A stretch of 63,216 nt of DNA, filler included, from Chrysochromulina tobinii (GCA_001275005.1; 8 parts of 8 records of this genome joined end to end with filler, not necessarily neighbours in it); one strand, 5' to 3'. Counted from the first letter of the whole stretch, positions 22,201 to 33,546 are shown. Program-made: numbers and translations. Notes: generated by a model from the letters alone, not told the origin.

Positions 22201-22414
22201 CGATGAGTACGGAGGCAACCCGGCGGCGTCCTTGGCTGTGAGCGCGCGGCGTCTCGATGAGAGGGAGCGCCGCATACTCGATGCATGCAGCAGCCGTGGG
22301 CCAGCCGGAAAGACGGGCGGCCGTGGGCCTCCGCGAGCTCGGCACGTCATGGCCAAGCCGCAGCACCAGCCGCACCGAGGCACAGGCGGCCGCCGGTCCT
22401 CGGGAGGATGGTGA
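19264..22414 (+). CDS. Membrane-anchored GH5-like protein: Cys-rich module + PAN/apple-like + GH5 barrel + Pro-rich stalk + Cys-rich (CBM-like) module + TM; introns 20011-20169 and 20276-20354
   Basis: LHGLN, NLVRL, LAGIEPMSEP, YTFDFFEP and PVLANQWG motifs. Splicing gives DDITQ|GYFAPSC and RYAAG|EKPEVHPD. Confidence 0.78.
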
Positions 22415-22633
22415 CACACGCATCGTTGCGTCTCCCCGGGTGAGGGGTGTGTGGTTGCTACAGTTCCGAGCGTACGCAGTATATAATCTCCTCAAATACG
22501 CTGCGGAGACTGTGTGCTGCGCGTCAGTTCGGTCTACTTATAGTCGATTAAGATTCTCTGACATAACGGAATGCGGCGCGCGATGCGCCGCAAGACCACT
22601 CACAGACGCAAGCACCTCGATCTCCCTTAGGTC

Positions 22634-24538
22634 TCAGATCTCCGAGACATCGAAATCATCGTCGTCGAGCACATCATCCAGGTTGTGTCCCTCGGTTTGC
22701 ACGGGGCTCTTTGGCCTCCACTCCGTCTGGATCGACGGCTTTGTAAACTTCTTGGGTGCCTTGAGGGCACGTGTCGAAGCTTTCGCAACGTCGGGATGCT
22801 CGGTCTGAACGGAGGTATAGCGTCCACGCCGGACATGATGCACGATGGCGAGGAGCGCGAGCCCTACCGCACTCAGTGAAGCGGCCGCCATCAGGGTGGG
22901 GCCGGACATTGCGAGGGCTACGAACCCTAGCGGATGGTCTGGCGGAGGGGCCAGCGGTGGCAGCGGCGATGGGGGAGGCGGCAGCGGCGATGGGAGAGGC
23001 GACGGCGGCGGCAATGGCGGCGGCGGCAACGGCGGAGGCGGCGCCGGTGAGGGGGACGGCGGTGGCGATGATGACACCGGCAGCGGCGGAGGTGGTTGTG
23101 GTACGGGATTGCTTGGCGCCGGGTGCGTGGGCGGGCTCGCGCCTAAACTCCGTGCACGCGCCGCAAGGATATCAGTCGACTGCAGCTGAGAGAGGAGCTC
23201 GAGCTTGGATGCGACCGGAGTGTTCCAATCCTGTTCCAGCAGACCCCCGGTGTCGACAGAGTTTGGGTTGAGAGCGAAATAGAAGAGGCCGATCTCGTGC
23301 TCAGCCATGAAGGCAATCGCCCAGTCCTGCCAGGTCTTATCACGCATCTGCGGGTCGTGCCCTGACGGATTGCCCGGGGTGTCGTAGAAGCCACCCATCT
23401 CACCGATCACCACGGGTGCCAGCTGCTGCTGGGCGATGAACGCAAAGCGAGCGCTCCAGATGCTTGCCATGTTGGCAGGGAACGTCGCGTCCTTAAAGTA
23501 CCATTGCTCATAGACAGCTGGCCCGTATGTATGCGGCGAGTACACGAGTTTCGTCGGATCCGAGAGGCGCACAGGCTGCTTGTGCACTCCGGCAAGGTTC
23601 TCCCCCCACCAGATCCCAGCGCCGCCACTATCCATGCCGGGCGCCCCTGGGCTGTAGCCCACCCCTTCGACCATGATCATCCATCGTGAGCAACTCGAGA
23701 GGACTTGGTTGCCCAGCCGCTCGGCCGCCTGGCCCCAGTCCGTGCCTGGATCACCCTTGCCCCAGGAGGCGGCGTGCGGCTCGTTCTGCAGGTCCGCGGC
23801 GAACACGTTCCACTGCGGGCACAGCTTCGCCGCGACCTTCTCCCATGAGGTCTTGACGCGCACCTCCGGCGTGGCAGCATCGAACCACAAGCCGTCGCCA
23901 GGCCACGCGTCCGCGCGCAGACGGTGGGCGGCGATCATGACGAGGATGCCATGCTCTGCCGCTACCTGCGCGAGTTTCAAGAACATGTCCAGGTACGAGT
24001 AATGGGCAAGCTCCGGAGCCTCCCAAGGCGCTCCCACGCCGTACACCTTCTCGTTGGGCGCCTCGAGCATAGCATCGCCCAAGACGGAATCGTGATTGAA
24101 CAGGAAGCGGATTGCATTAAAGCCGTGGCGCTTGAGGAACTCCATGTACCATGAAATAGGGTGTTTGTCCAACCCTAATGGCGGGCCAGAGCGGCCCTCG
24201 GAGCCGAACCAATTGACACCCTTGATGTGCAGTCTTTCGCCGTTGGCGAACAGATGCGCGCCGACTGCCGCGACGTGGAAGGTCTCAGTCCCGAGTGCAC
24301 GGTTCCACGGTGGCAGCGATGGCAGGGGCGGGGGCGGTGGCAGTGATGGAGAGTGCGCCGGGCAGCCGACTTCAGGACCGCAGCCTGGACACTCGGGATG
24401 CATGCACGTCCATCTGTTGCAGAAGGCGGAGCAGCCGTACTCCTGGCAGCGCTTGTCGCCGTCGCCGCACGTTATGGATCGGATCGGAAGCGCATTGAGA
24501 ATGATTACAGACACCAGCGCCCGACTCGTTCGCCACAT
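22634..24538 (-). CDS. GH5 endoglucanase (subfamily 1-like) with Pro-rich stalk and TM anchor
   Basis: KGVNWFGSE, FNAIRF, DLQNEPH, WWGENL, LVYSPHTYGP, PVVIGEMGG and ALNPNSVDTGGLL; both catalytic Glu residues are present. Confidence 0.92.
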   Translation of the reverse strand: MWRTSRALVSVIILNALPIRSITCGDGDKRCQEYGCSAFCNRWTCMHPECPGCGPEVGCPAHSPSLPPPPPLPSLPPWNRALGTETFHVAAVGAHLFANGERLHIKGVNWFGSEGRSGPPLGLDKHPISWYMEFLKRHGFNAIRFLFNHDSVLGDAMLEAPNEKVYGVGAPWEAPELAHYSYLDMFLKLAQVAAEHGILVMIAAHRLRADAWPGDGLWFDAATPEVRVKTSWEKVAAKLCPQWNVFAADLQNEPHAASWGKGDPGTDWGQAAERLGNQVLSSCSRWMIMVEGVGYSPGAPGMDSGGAGIWWGENLAGVHKQPVRLSDPTKLVYSPHTYGPAVYEQWYFKDATFPANMASIWSARFAFIAQQQLAPVVIGEMGGFYDTPGNPSGHDPQMRDKTWQDWAIAFMAEHEIGLFYFALNPNSVDTGGLLEQDWNTPVASKLELLSQLQSTDILAARARSLGASPPTHPAPSNPVPQPPPPLPVSSSPPPSPSPAPPPPLPPPPLPPPSPLPSPLPPPPSPLPPLAPPPDHPLGFVALAMSGPTLMAAASLSAVGLALLAIVHHVRRGRYTSVQTEHPDVAKASTRALKAPKKFTKPSIQTEWRPKSPVQTEGHNLDDVLDDDDFDVSEI

Positions 24539-25017
24539 GAGCACGTAGTGTGCCACGTCAGGCGATACCACACCTAAGTGCAATTCTGTCCGTTGCGGGC
24601 CCAACGGGTGCATGCACGTTGTCATAAAAGTCAAGTCAAAAGACAAGCTTTTCTAGCACGAGCCAAGCTGTGGACTGTTCGCACTCACGATTTGTCTGTG
24701 TGACTTCTAACACGATTTGCGATGACCTGGCTTTTCGTGAACGTTAACACGACAGACGCGACAACCGGTGCTACGGCACTGTTACTGCCCGCTCAGAATA
24801 CACACACCTTACATGACCCCAAATGAGACGCGGAGCATGCGCGCGCTGGCGGCGTTGAGGACGGTTTGGGCGTCGGCGGCTTGGATGGCGGTGGAGATGT
24901 CGGCAACGTGGTGCGTGAGGAAGCTGCGGGGGGACGCGCGGCCCTCGCCGTGAGAAAAACGGGTTCACACATGTCACCTCCTCAAACCACCTCGCTCGCA
25001 AAAAGCTCGCTCGCAAG

Positions 25018-26235
25018 ATGGAGGACTCCCTCGCGGACCCGCTGATTGACGCCATCGCGACGGCGCGCGTGCCGACCGACCGTCCTTGCCCGACGCGGCA
25101 CCTCGCAATCGCCCCGCCATACGATTGGAGCCGCACCTACATGGCTGCAAAGGACATGGAAGAGTACCTGCCCGGCGTGCCGCTCGCTGAGACACTCGTT
25201 GAGGCGACCGAGGATGGCTTCAACGTCCTCGCGTCCGACGGCGTGACCTCGCTCGTCCACGTCGTGGTGGAGCGGCGGCGCCACCAGCCGCTGCAGCCAG
25301 GCGATCCTGTCGTCGCCACCGTCGCCGGTGTCGGCCTGGAGGGCGACCTTCTGCGCGAGGGCCGGCCGGGCGAGTGGGTCGTTCGAGCCAGGACTGGCGG
25401 GCGACAAGGACACGGTTCCCGGCTCACGGTTCCGGATCGCCTAAAGGAGTTACTTCTAAGCTGTCCGAGGCTCGCGGCGGCACACCAGGCAGTCATGTTT
25501 GACATGCAGCAGGCGGCAGCTAAGGCGGCAGCGGCAGTGGAGGAAATCACAGTGCCAGCTTCCGACGTCACATACTCGTGGAGAGTGGGCCGCGACATGT
25601 GGATGAAGGCGGTGCGCCTGGCACCGCTGCGGCTAGTGGCGCGCAAGGCCAACTGGCTCGGAATCGGTTCGCTCGAGCCCGAGAATAAGGATGCGACGGC
25701 AGCTCGGAGGGCGCTCTCCGCCGGTGACCCGGCCGCACTGTGGGGCGTCACAGACGAGCCGGAGCTCAACGGCCAGGTGCGTGGACAAGGTTCGAGAGTC
25801 TCCACTCCCTTATTGGACACCAGCATTCAATGTGCGCTGAACGCGCGTGCGTCCCTCTGTGCTTGCCATACAGGGTGTCACACTCCTCGAGAAGCTCGCT
25901 GGGAGTCGGGTGCGGGTTCATGGACTCGCGAGCAAGCCCGAGCTCAACGGAAGCGTCGGTGAGGTCGAAGGGCCTGCCCTGGACGAGCGCGTGTTCGTTC
26001 GTCTCGATGCGCCGCTCAGCAAGACTGTCTCGCTCAAGTCATCCAATCTCGAGAAGCTCGGATCTTCCGACGGGCGGTGGCGCGTCCGCCTCGAGCGGCT
26101 CGGCGGCGACGAAGCGCCGAAAGAGTGCGTGGTGTCTGCTGCGGCCATCGGTGCGCTGCCCAACTGGCCGTTTCTCGGCGTGTCGGTCGCGTGCCTGCGC
26201 GCATTCGCTCGGGCACACGAGGCGCTGCTCGTCGA
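25018..26235 (+). CDS. Hypothetical protein with nested SH3/KOW-like domains, 3'-truncated; intron 25777-25873
   Basis: A GTGCGT...CAG intron joins PELNGQ|GVTLLEKL. VRVHGLASKPELNG motif; the ORF ends in LGVSVACLRAF at the contig edge. Confidence 0.6.
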
Positions 26236-26335
26236 NNNNNNNNNNNNNNNNNNNNNNNNNNNNNNNNNNNNNNNNNNNNTTAATTAATTAANNNNNNNNN
26301 NNNNNNNNNNNNNNNNNNNNNNNNNNNNNNNNNNN
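26236..26335. other. Artificial contig linker
   Basis: N-run + ttaattaattaa + N-run. Confidence 0.99.
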
Positions 26336-26440
26336 TACACGCAGGATACATCACGATACATCAGGATACGTATCCTGATAACAACCCCCCCCAAACTCGA
26401 TAACAAACCCCCCCGCAGCCGTAAAACCAAGGGGGTAAAT
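26336..26440. repeat. GATAC-repeat/palindrome element end, possibly a DNA-transposon subterminal region
   Basis: gatac(a) repeats, a 20-bp palindrome atcaggatacgtatcctgat (26360-26379), and two gataacaa(a)cccccc units. Confidence 0.55.
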
Positions 26441-26978
26441 CTGCAAAGACCGTTCGTGCCGTATCCATAATGGGCAGGCGTTCGCTTGTCGTTCTGAGCT
26501 GACCTTTTCGCAAAAGAGAAGTGGCCGGGGGTGACGGGCGGTGCGCCGCTCATGCGTGTGGGCTCTTGCTGGTGTGCGTGCCGTGCGCGTCATATTGTTC
26601 CTGAGGCTGAGCTGAATCCTGAAACGCTTTGGCTTTGCGCATATCTGGCGTCTCTCTGGCGTGGGATGCGCTGTCTTCTCTGTGCATCACACTTGTTAGG
26701 GATGTTAAGTAATAATCAGCCCCGAGAGCTGGCCTTGTGAGGCCGAGCTCTGAGTCCCTGTGAGTGTGAGGCGCCGAGAGACGGCGGTTAGGACGGAGGT
26801 TAAGGTGGTCGGGCGGTGTCGTGCGGTCACTGGTTTGAATCCCCCCATGGGTGGGTGGGTGGTTGTTTGTGGGCAGCTGGTGTAGTCCAAGCCTGCCATT
26901 TGAAGACGAGGTTAAGACGAGGTGCCGCAGTTGCCCTCGTGCTGGTAAGGGTGCTGCTCCTCTGCCGAGAGCAAGATA

Positions 26979-28895
26979 AGCAGCGTTGATCGAGAGAGCG
27001 TTGCCGCGCAGCTGCGGCGGCGAGCGTCACACCCGACAGGGCGATCAGCGGTGCACACGCGAGCAGCGAGCGGCCTGTGCCGCTCAAGCTTCCGAGAGCG
27101 AGAGCAGCAGCTTCATCGAGAGCGTTGCCGACGCAGCTGCGCACACCCGACAGGGAGATGAGCCGTGCAGACACCGAGCACCGAGCGGCCTGTGCCGCTC
27201 AAGCTTCCGAGAGCGAGAGCAGCAGCGTTGATCGAGAGCGTGGCCGACGCAGCTTCGGCGGCGAGCGTCACACCCGACAGGGCGATCAGCGGTGCAGACA
27301 CCGAGCAGCGAGCGGCCTGTGCCGCCCAAGCCTCCGAGGGTGAGAGCAGCAGCTTTGATCGGGAGCGTTGCCGATGCAGCTGCGGCGCGGCGAAGCGGCA
27401 TTGATCGAGACTGTTGCCGACGCAGCTGCGGCGGCGAAGCGGCGTTGATCGAGAGCGTTGCCGACGCAGCTGCGTCGGTGAGCTTCACATCCGACAGGGC
27501 GATCAGCGGTGCAGACACCGAGCAGCGGGGAGCGAGAGCAGCAGCGTTGATAGAGAGCGTTGCCGACGCAGCTGCGGCGGCGAGCGTCACACCCGACAGG
27601 GCGATCAGTGGTGCAGACACCGAGCAGCGAGCGGCCTGTGCCGCCCAAGCCTCCGAGGGCGAGAGCAGCAGCTTTGATCGGGAGCGTTGCCGACGCAGCT
27701 GCGGCGCGGCGAAGCGGCATTGATCGAGAGTGTTGCCGCCGCAGCTGCGGCGGCGAGCGCCACACCCGACAGGGCGATCAGCGGTGCAGACACCGAGCAG
27801 CGAGCGGCCTGTGCCGCCCATGCTTCCGAGAGAGAGAAAAGCAGCGTTGATCGAGAGCGTTGCCGACGCAGCTGCGTCGGTGAGCTTCACATCCGACAGG
27901 GCGATCAGCGGTGCAGACACCGAGCAGCGGGGAGCGAGAGCAGCAGCGTTGATAGAGAGCGTTGCCGACGGAACTGCGGCGGCGAGCGTCACACCCGACA
28001 GGGCGATCAGCGGTGCAGACACCGAGCAGCGAGCGGCCTGTGCCGCCCAAGCCTCCGAGGGCGAGAGCAGCAGCTTTGATCGGGAGCGTTGCCGACGCAG
28101 CTGCGGCGCGGCGAACCGGCATTGATCGAGAGTGTTGCCGACGCAGCTGCGGCGGCGAGCGCCACACCCGACAGGGCGATCAGCGGTGCAGACACCGAGC
28201 AGCGAGCGGCCTGTGCCGCCCAAGCCTCCGAGAGCGAGAGCAGCAGCTTTGATCGAGAGCGTTGCCGACGCAGCTGCGGCGGCGAAGCGGCGTTGATCGA
28301 GAGCGTTGCCGACGAAGCTGCGTCGGCGAGCGTCACACCCGACAGGGCGAACAGCGGTGCAGACACCGAGCGGCGAGCGGCCTGTGCCGCCCAAGGTTCC
28401 GAGAGCGAGAGAAGCAGCGTGGATCGAAAGTGTTGCCGACGCAGCTGCGGCGGCGAGCGTCACACCCGACACGGCGATCAGCGGTGCACATGCCGAGCGG
28501 CGAGAGGCCTATGCAGCTCAAGCTTCCGAGAGCGAGAGCAGCAGCGTTGATCGAGAGCTTATCGAGAGCGTTGCCGACGCATCTGCGGCGGCGAGCGTCA
28601 TACCCGACAAGGCGATCAGCGGTGCAGACGCCGAGCAGCGAGCGGCCTGTGCCGCCCAAGCTTCCGATAGCGAGAGCAGCAGCGTTGATCGAGAGCGTAG
28701 CCGATGCAGCTGCGGCGGCGAGCGTCACATCCGACTGGGCGATCAGCGGTGCAGACACCGAGCAGCGAGCGGCCTGTGCCGCCCAAGCTTCCGATAGCGA
28801 GAGCAGCAGCGTTGATCGAGAGCGTAGCCGATGCAGCTGCGCGGCAGTGAGCGTCACACCCGACAAGGCGAACAGCGGTGCACACGCCGAGCAGA
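26979..28895. repeat. ~127-bp GC-rich satellite, block 1 (with short variants and a ~402-bp higher-order unit)
   Basis: Unit begins gcagcgttgatcgagagcgttgccgacgcagctgcggcggcgagcgtcacacccgacagggcgatcagcggtgcagacaccgagc. Equivalent ORF starts recur at 27560/27962 and 27687/28089. Confidence 0.95.
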
Positions 28896-29644
28896 GGGTT
28901 ACGCCAGCCACCGAGAGTGGTGAGAGCGACTGTTGCGCCACGGCGAGGTCGCGCGGAACATCCGCGCCAACCGCGAGGATTGGGGGGGCTCGTCATTTGT
29001 CATGACGCAATCAGCAGCAGGGGCAGAATCAGCGGAGCCCTGCGCTTTTCGGACACGCGTCGACGAGAGCGCAGGCGACGACAGAAGCCGCCGGTCGGGG
29101 ACGCTCGAGTGCCGGGCAGGCACAGAATCAGTGGTAACGTCGTGAGTCGAAAGAGGCCGAGACGCCGCCTCTGTGCTACGCCCCTCTTCCGTGCCCATGT
29201 ATCCATGGCGCGACAGAGTGCGAGAAGGCGATAGAGGCAGGACGCTCGCCGAGCCCTGCGCTTCTCGGACACGCGTCGACGAGAGCGCAGGCGACGACAA
29301 AAGTCGCCGGTCAGGGACGCTCGAGTGCAGGGCGGCCCTGGACACACCATCCCCTTCGGGTTCACCACCTCCGCGGGTGCGCGTCATCCGCGAGTCACCA
29401 GGCCGAGATGATGAGCCGGCGAGCGCAGAGCTCGGGCCGGCGAGCGCGGAGCCCACGAGCCGAAGGGGAACCACGTGGGACTGCGCCGCGAGTGCACGAT
29501 CCGCGGGGATCGCAGCCCGAGGGCCGCCGCCAGCTCGCAGAGCCGACGGCACACGTGCTCGCCGTGCAGTCGACGTCGGGGATCGAGAGATAAGATCAGA
29601 GAGATGAGAGATGAGGTATCGAGAGACAAGATACCAAGAGATAA

Positions 29645-31567
29645 GGCAGCTAGTGGCCTGTGCCGCTCGAGCTTCCGAGAGCGAGAGTAGCAGCGTGGAT
29701 CGAGAGCGTTGCCGACGCAGCTGCGGCGGCGAGCGTCACACCCGACACGGCTGCAGCGGTGCACATGTCGAGCAGAGAGAGGCCTATGCAGCTCCAGCTT
29801 CCGAGAGCGAGAGCAACAGCGTTGATCGAGAGTGTTGCCGACGCAGCTGCGGCGGCGAGCGTCGCACCCGACAGGGCGATCAGCGGTGCAGACACCGAGC
29901 AGCGAGCGTCCTGTGCCGCCCAAGCCTCCGAGAGCGGGAGAAACAGCGTTGATGGAGAGCGTTGCCGACGCAGCTGCGGCGGCGAGCGTCACACCCGACT
30001 AGGCGATCAGCGGTGCAGACACCGAGCAGTAACCGAGCAGCGAGCGGCCTGTGCCGCCCAAGCTTCCGAGAACGAGAGCAGCAGCGTTGATCGAGAGCGT
30101 TGCCGACGCAGCTGCGCCGGCGAGCGTCACATCCGACCGGGCGATCAGCGGTGCAGACACCGAGCGGCGAGCGGCCTGTGCCGCTCAAGCTTCCGAGAGC
30201 GAGAGCAGCAGCGTTGATCGAGAGCGTTGCCGACGCAGCTGCGGCGGCGAGCGTCACACCCGACAGGGCGATCAGCGGTGCAGACACCGAGCGGCGAGCG
30301 GCCTATGCCGCCCAAGCCTCCGAGAGCGAGAGCAGCAGCTTTGATAGGGAGCGTTGCCGACGCAGCTGCGGCGGCGAGCGTCACACCCGAAAGGGCGATC
30401 AGCGGTGCAGACACCGAGCGGCGAGAGTCCTGTGCCGCTCAAGCTTCCGAGAGCGAGAGCAGCAGCTTTGATCAGGAGCGTTGCCGACGCACCTGCGGCG
30501 CAACGAAGCGGCATTGATCGAGAGTGTTGCCGACGCAGCTGCGGCGGCGAGCGTCACACCCAACAGGGCGATCAGCGGTGCAGACACCGAGCACCTAGCG
30601 GCCTGTGCCGCTCAAGCTTCCGAGAGCGAGAGCAACAGCGTTGATCGAGAGCGTGTCCGACGCAGCTTCGGCGGCGAGCGTCACACCCGACAGGGCGATC
30701 AGCAGTGCAGACACCGAGCGGCGAGTGGCCTGTGCCGCCCAAGCTTCCGAGAGAGAGAAAAGCAGCGTTGATCGAGAGCGTTGCCGACGCAGCTGCAGCG
30801 GCGAGCGTCACATCCGACAGGGCGATCAGCGGAGCAGACAACGAGCAGCGAGCGGCCTGTGCCGCCCAAGCTTCCGAGAGCGAGAGCAGCAGCTTGATCG
30901 AGAGCGTTGCTGACGCAGCTGCGGCGGCGAGCGTCACATCCGGCACGGCGATCAGCGATGCAGACACCGAGCGGTTAACCGAGCGGCGAGCGGCCTATGC
31001 CGCCCAAGCTTCCGGGGGCGTGAGCAGCAGCTTTGATTGGGAGCGTTGCTGACGCAGCTCTTGCGGCGAAGCGGCGTTGATCGAGAGCGTTGCGGACGCG
31101 GCGGGGGCGGCGAAGCGGCGTTGATCGAGAGTGTTGCAGACGCAGCTGCGACGGCGAGCGTCACACCCGACAGGGCGATCAGCGGTGCAGACACTGAGCA
31201 GCGAGCGGCCTGTGCCGCCCAAGTTTCCGAGAGCGAGAGAAAGAGCGTTGATGGAGAGCGTTGCCGACGCAGCCGCGGCGGCGAGCGTCACACCCAAAAG
31301 GGCGATCAGCGGCGCGCGCGCCGAGCAGCGCGCGGCCTGTGCCGCTCAAGCTTCCGAGGGCGAGAGCAGCAGCTTCGATCGAGAGCGTTGCCGATGCTGC
31401 TGTGGCGGCGAGCGTCACACCCGACAGGGCGATCAGCGGTGCAGCCGCCGAGCAGCGAGCGGCCTGTGCCGCCCAAGCTTCCGAGAGCGAGAGAGGCAGC
31501 GTTGATCGAGAGCGTTGCCAACGCAGCTGCGGAGGCGAGCGTCACACCCGACACAGTGATCAGCAGT
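29645..31567. repeat. ~127-bp satellite, block 2
   Basis: Same unit; equivalent positions at 30100, 30227 and 30354 give a 127-bp period. Confidence 0.95.
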
Positions 31568-31667
31568 NNNNNNNNNNNNNNNNNNNNNNNNNNNNNNNNN
31601 NNNNNNNNNNNTTAATTAATTAANNNNNNNNNNNNNNNNNNNNNNNNNNNNNNNNNNNNNNNNNNNN
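31568..31667. other. Artificial contig linker
   Basis: N-run + ttaattaattaa + N-run. Confidence 0.99.
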
Positions 31668-32679
31668 TGCAGCACCGTGCTTCGGTGAAGCGAATTTACG
31701 CACGATTTCGAGGCCAGCTTGCAACGTCTTCGGCACCCGACTCCGCGTGACAGAGTATAGTCGACGTGCCGAGCGCTGCAGGCAGACGGTGCGGATGCGC
31801 ATCGCGAGCATCGACGGTGACCAGCGTGAAGCGATGTGGGTGACAAACTGACAGTCGAGTCCGCGAAAAATGAGACTTGTGACACGTTCTGATGACTCTC
31901 GATTGCCAAAAGAACGAGTCCAGGCGCGTTTCAATCTTTGGAATTTGCTGAGACTGTTCCAGTGAAACAGCGTTCAAGCTTGGAACACTTCAAACCAAAT
32001 ATCAACTTAATCATGCAACTTCCGCGCGGTTGCATCTATAGTTTGGAGTCTCTCGATGGAAGACGAAGTTTCCTTTATCTCATCGCTGGAAGTCGGAGCA
32101 ACGGAAGCGTTCCGCCGCACGCTGGTAATTTGGTCACATACATACTAGCGACGGCCGTGTGTAAATTGCGCGACGCTTTTTGCCGACGTTTTTCCGTTCA
32201 GGAGGGCCGAGGGCGCCCCACACAACACACTCTTGGCGATGGCGTCACTTCGTTGTGACGGGTTCTTGTGGGGCCCCTTGCTAAAAAAAGAGTTTGGCTT
32301 CTCTTGCAATCGCTTCCTCCGCAGCGCGGGGGGGTCAGCATTTTCGTCATTAGTGTGAGGTGGTGGTTCTATTGGAATCCGCTCACTGTATGGAGCGAGC
32401 TTGATGGTTCCCTCAATTCACTGGCGATGCGGTCGTGGTTGATGGTCGAGGTACGAGGATCCTCTCCCTGACGCGCCGCCTCCTCGGGACGTGTAGCTGT
32501 AGGCCAAGAGAAGGTGCCTGAAGAAGCAGGCCTGAAGACCCTGTCTGAGGATCACGGAGTTCGAAAGGGAGCTCGACCGCTAACTAACCACTGACTCGGA
32601 CCCGCGTTACATGTACCTCATGCACCCACAGAACCCCATGTGTCAGCATTCATGCTCTCGCGACGACATCTCGCTCGCT

Positions 32680-33546
32680 TCATTTGCGCCCCATGAGGAA
32701 AGCGAGGCCCGCGGCGAGGGCGAAGCCGGTTGCGAGGCCGACGGCAAAGGTCGAGCTCTGGGCAGTTCCACCCATATCGGGCGCCTGGCGTGGCGCGTCT
32801 TCCGGGAAGTACCCAAAGTCGTAGGCCATGTGCGAGACCATCTGCCAGTCTACGAGCGAATCGAGCTCGACGAACGTGTGCTCGGCCATCTCATACAGCA
32901 CGAGCTTGCCGCCGAGCCGGCAGCCCGTCGCGTCCCAGTGTGCCTTGGTGTAGTAGTAGAAGGCGCCATTCTCGACGAGCTCCCCCTCCCAGTCCTGACG
33001 GCGCGGCCGCTTGAGCGGCTCGTAGTTCTTGGCCTTGGCGACCTTCGTGGTCGGATCCACGGACCACAGGAAGCGGTGTGCGCGCACGGCCGTGACGAGC
33101 GAGTCGGCCTTCTGGTCGCGCATGATGCGCATCGCCTCCACAAAGTCCTCTGGGCGAATCAGCGGCGAGGTCGCCTGGATCAGGCACATGTACTCATAGT
33201 CCGGGTGCGCGTCCGCAAAGTCCTTGAGTGCCGACTCGGTGGAGGCGGTCGAGGTGGCGGTGTGCGCCGCGCGCCGGTGAACGAGCGCGCCGCACTTGAT
33301 TGCGCTCGCTGCGATCAGGTCGTCGTCGGTCGAGACCCAAATCTCTGCGAAGATCTTGCTGTCACGGGCCGCCTTGATCACCCAATCGATGAGCGGCCGG
33401 CCGAGAAGCAACTTGATGTTCTTTTTCGGGATGGAGACGGAGCCGCCGCGGGCGGGGATGACAGCCACGATTTTGGGCATCGGCTCAGAAGTGTTGACCA
33501 CCTTGCCCGCACGCGGCGTGAGCACCGGTGGCGGCGACTTGGTCAT
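32680..33546 (-). CDS. CMAS: N-acylneuraminate (CMP-sialic acid/KDN) cytidylyltransferase with hydrophobic C-terminal tail
   Basis: VIPARGGSVSIPKKNIK, VSTDD, QATSP, RPRRQDW and ENGAFY motifs. Confidence 0.92.
   Translation of the reverse strand: MTKSPPPVLTPRAGKVVNTSEPMPKIVAVIPARGGSVSIPKKNIKLLLGRPLIDWVIKAARDSKIFAEIWVSTDDDLIAASAIKCGALVHRRAAHTATSTASTESALKDFADAHPDYEYMCLIQATSPLIRPEDFVEAMRIMRDQKADSLVTAVRAHRFLWSVDPTTKVAKAKNYEPLKRPRRQDWEGELVENGAFYYYTKAHWDATGCRLGGKLVLYEMAEHTFVELDSLVDWQMVSHMAYDFGYFPEDAPRQAPDMGGTAQSSTFAVGLATGFALAAGLAFLMGRK

Noticed and set aside
26979..31567. Possible CRISPR array or repeat-protein gene
   Set aside because: There are no unique spacers or cas genes, the context is eukaryotic, and the 127-bp period breaks reading frames.
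31668..32600. Short ORFs downstream of CMAS
   Set aside because: No recognisable motifs or consistent coding pattern.
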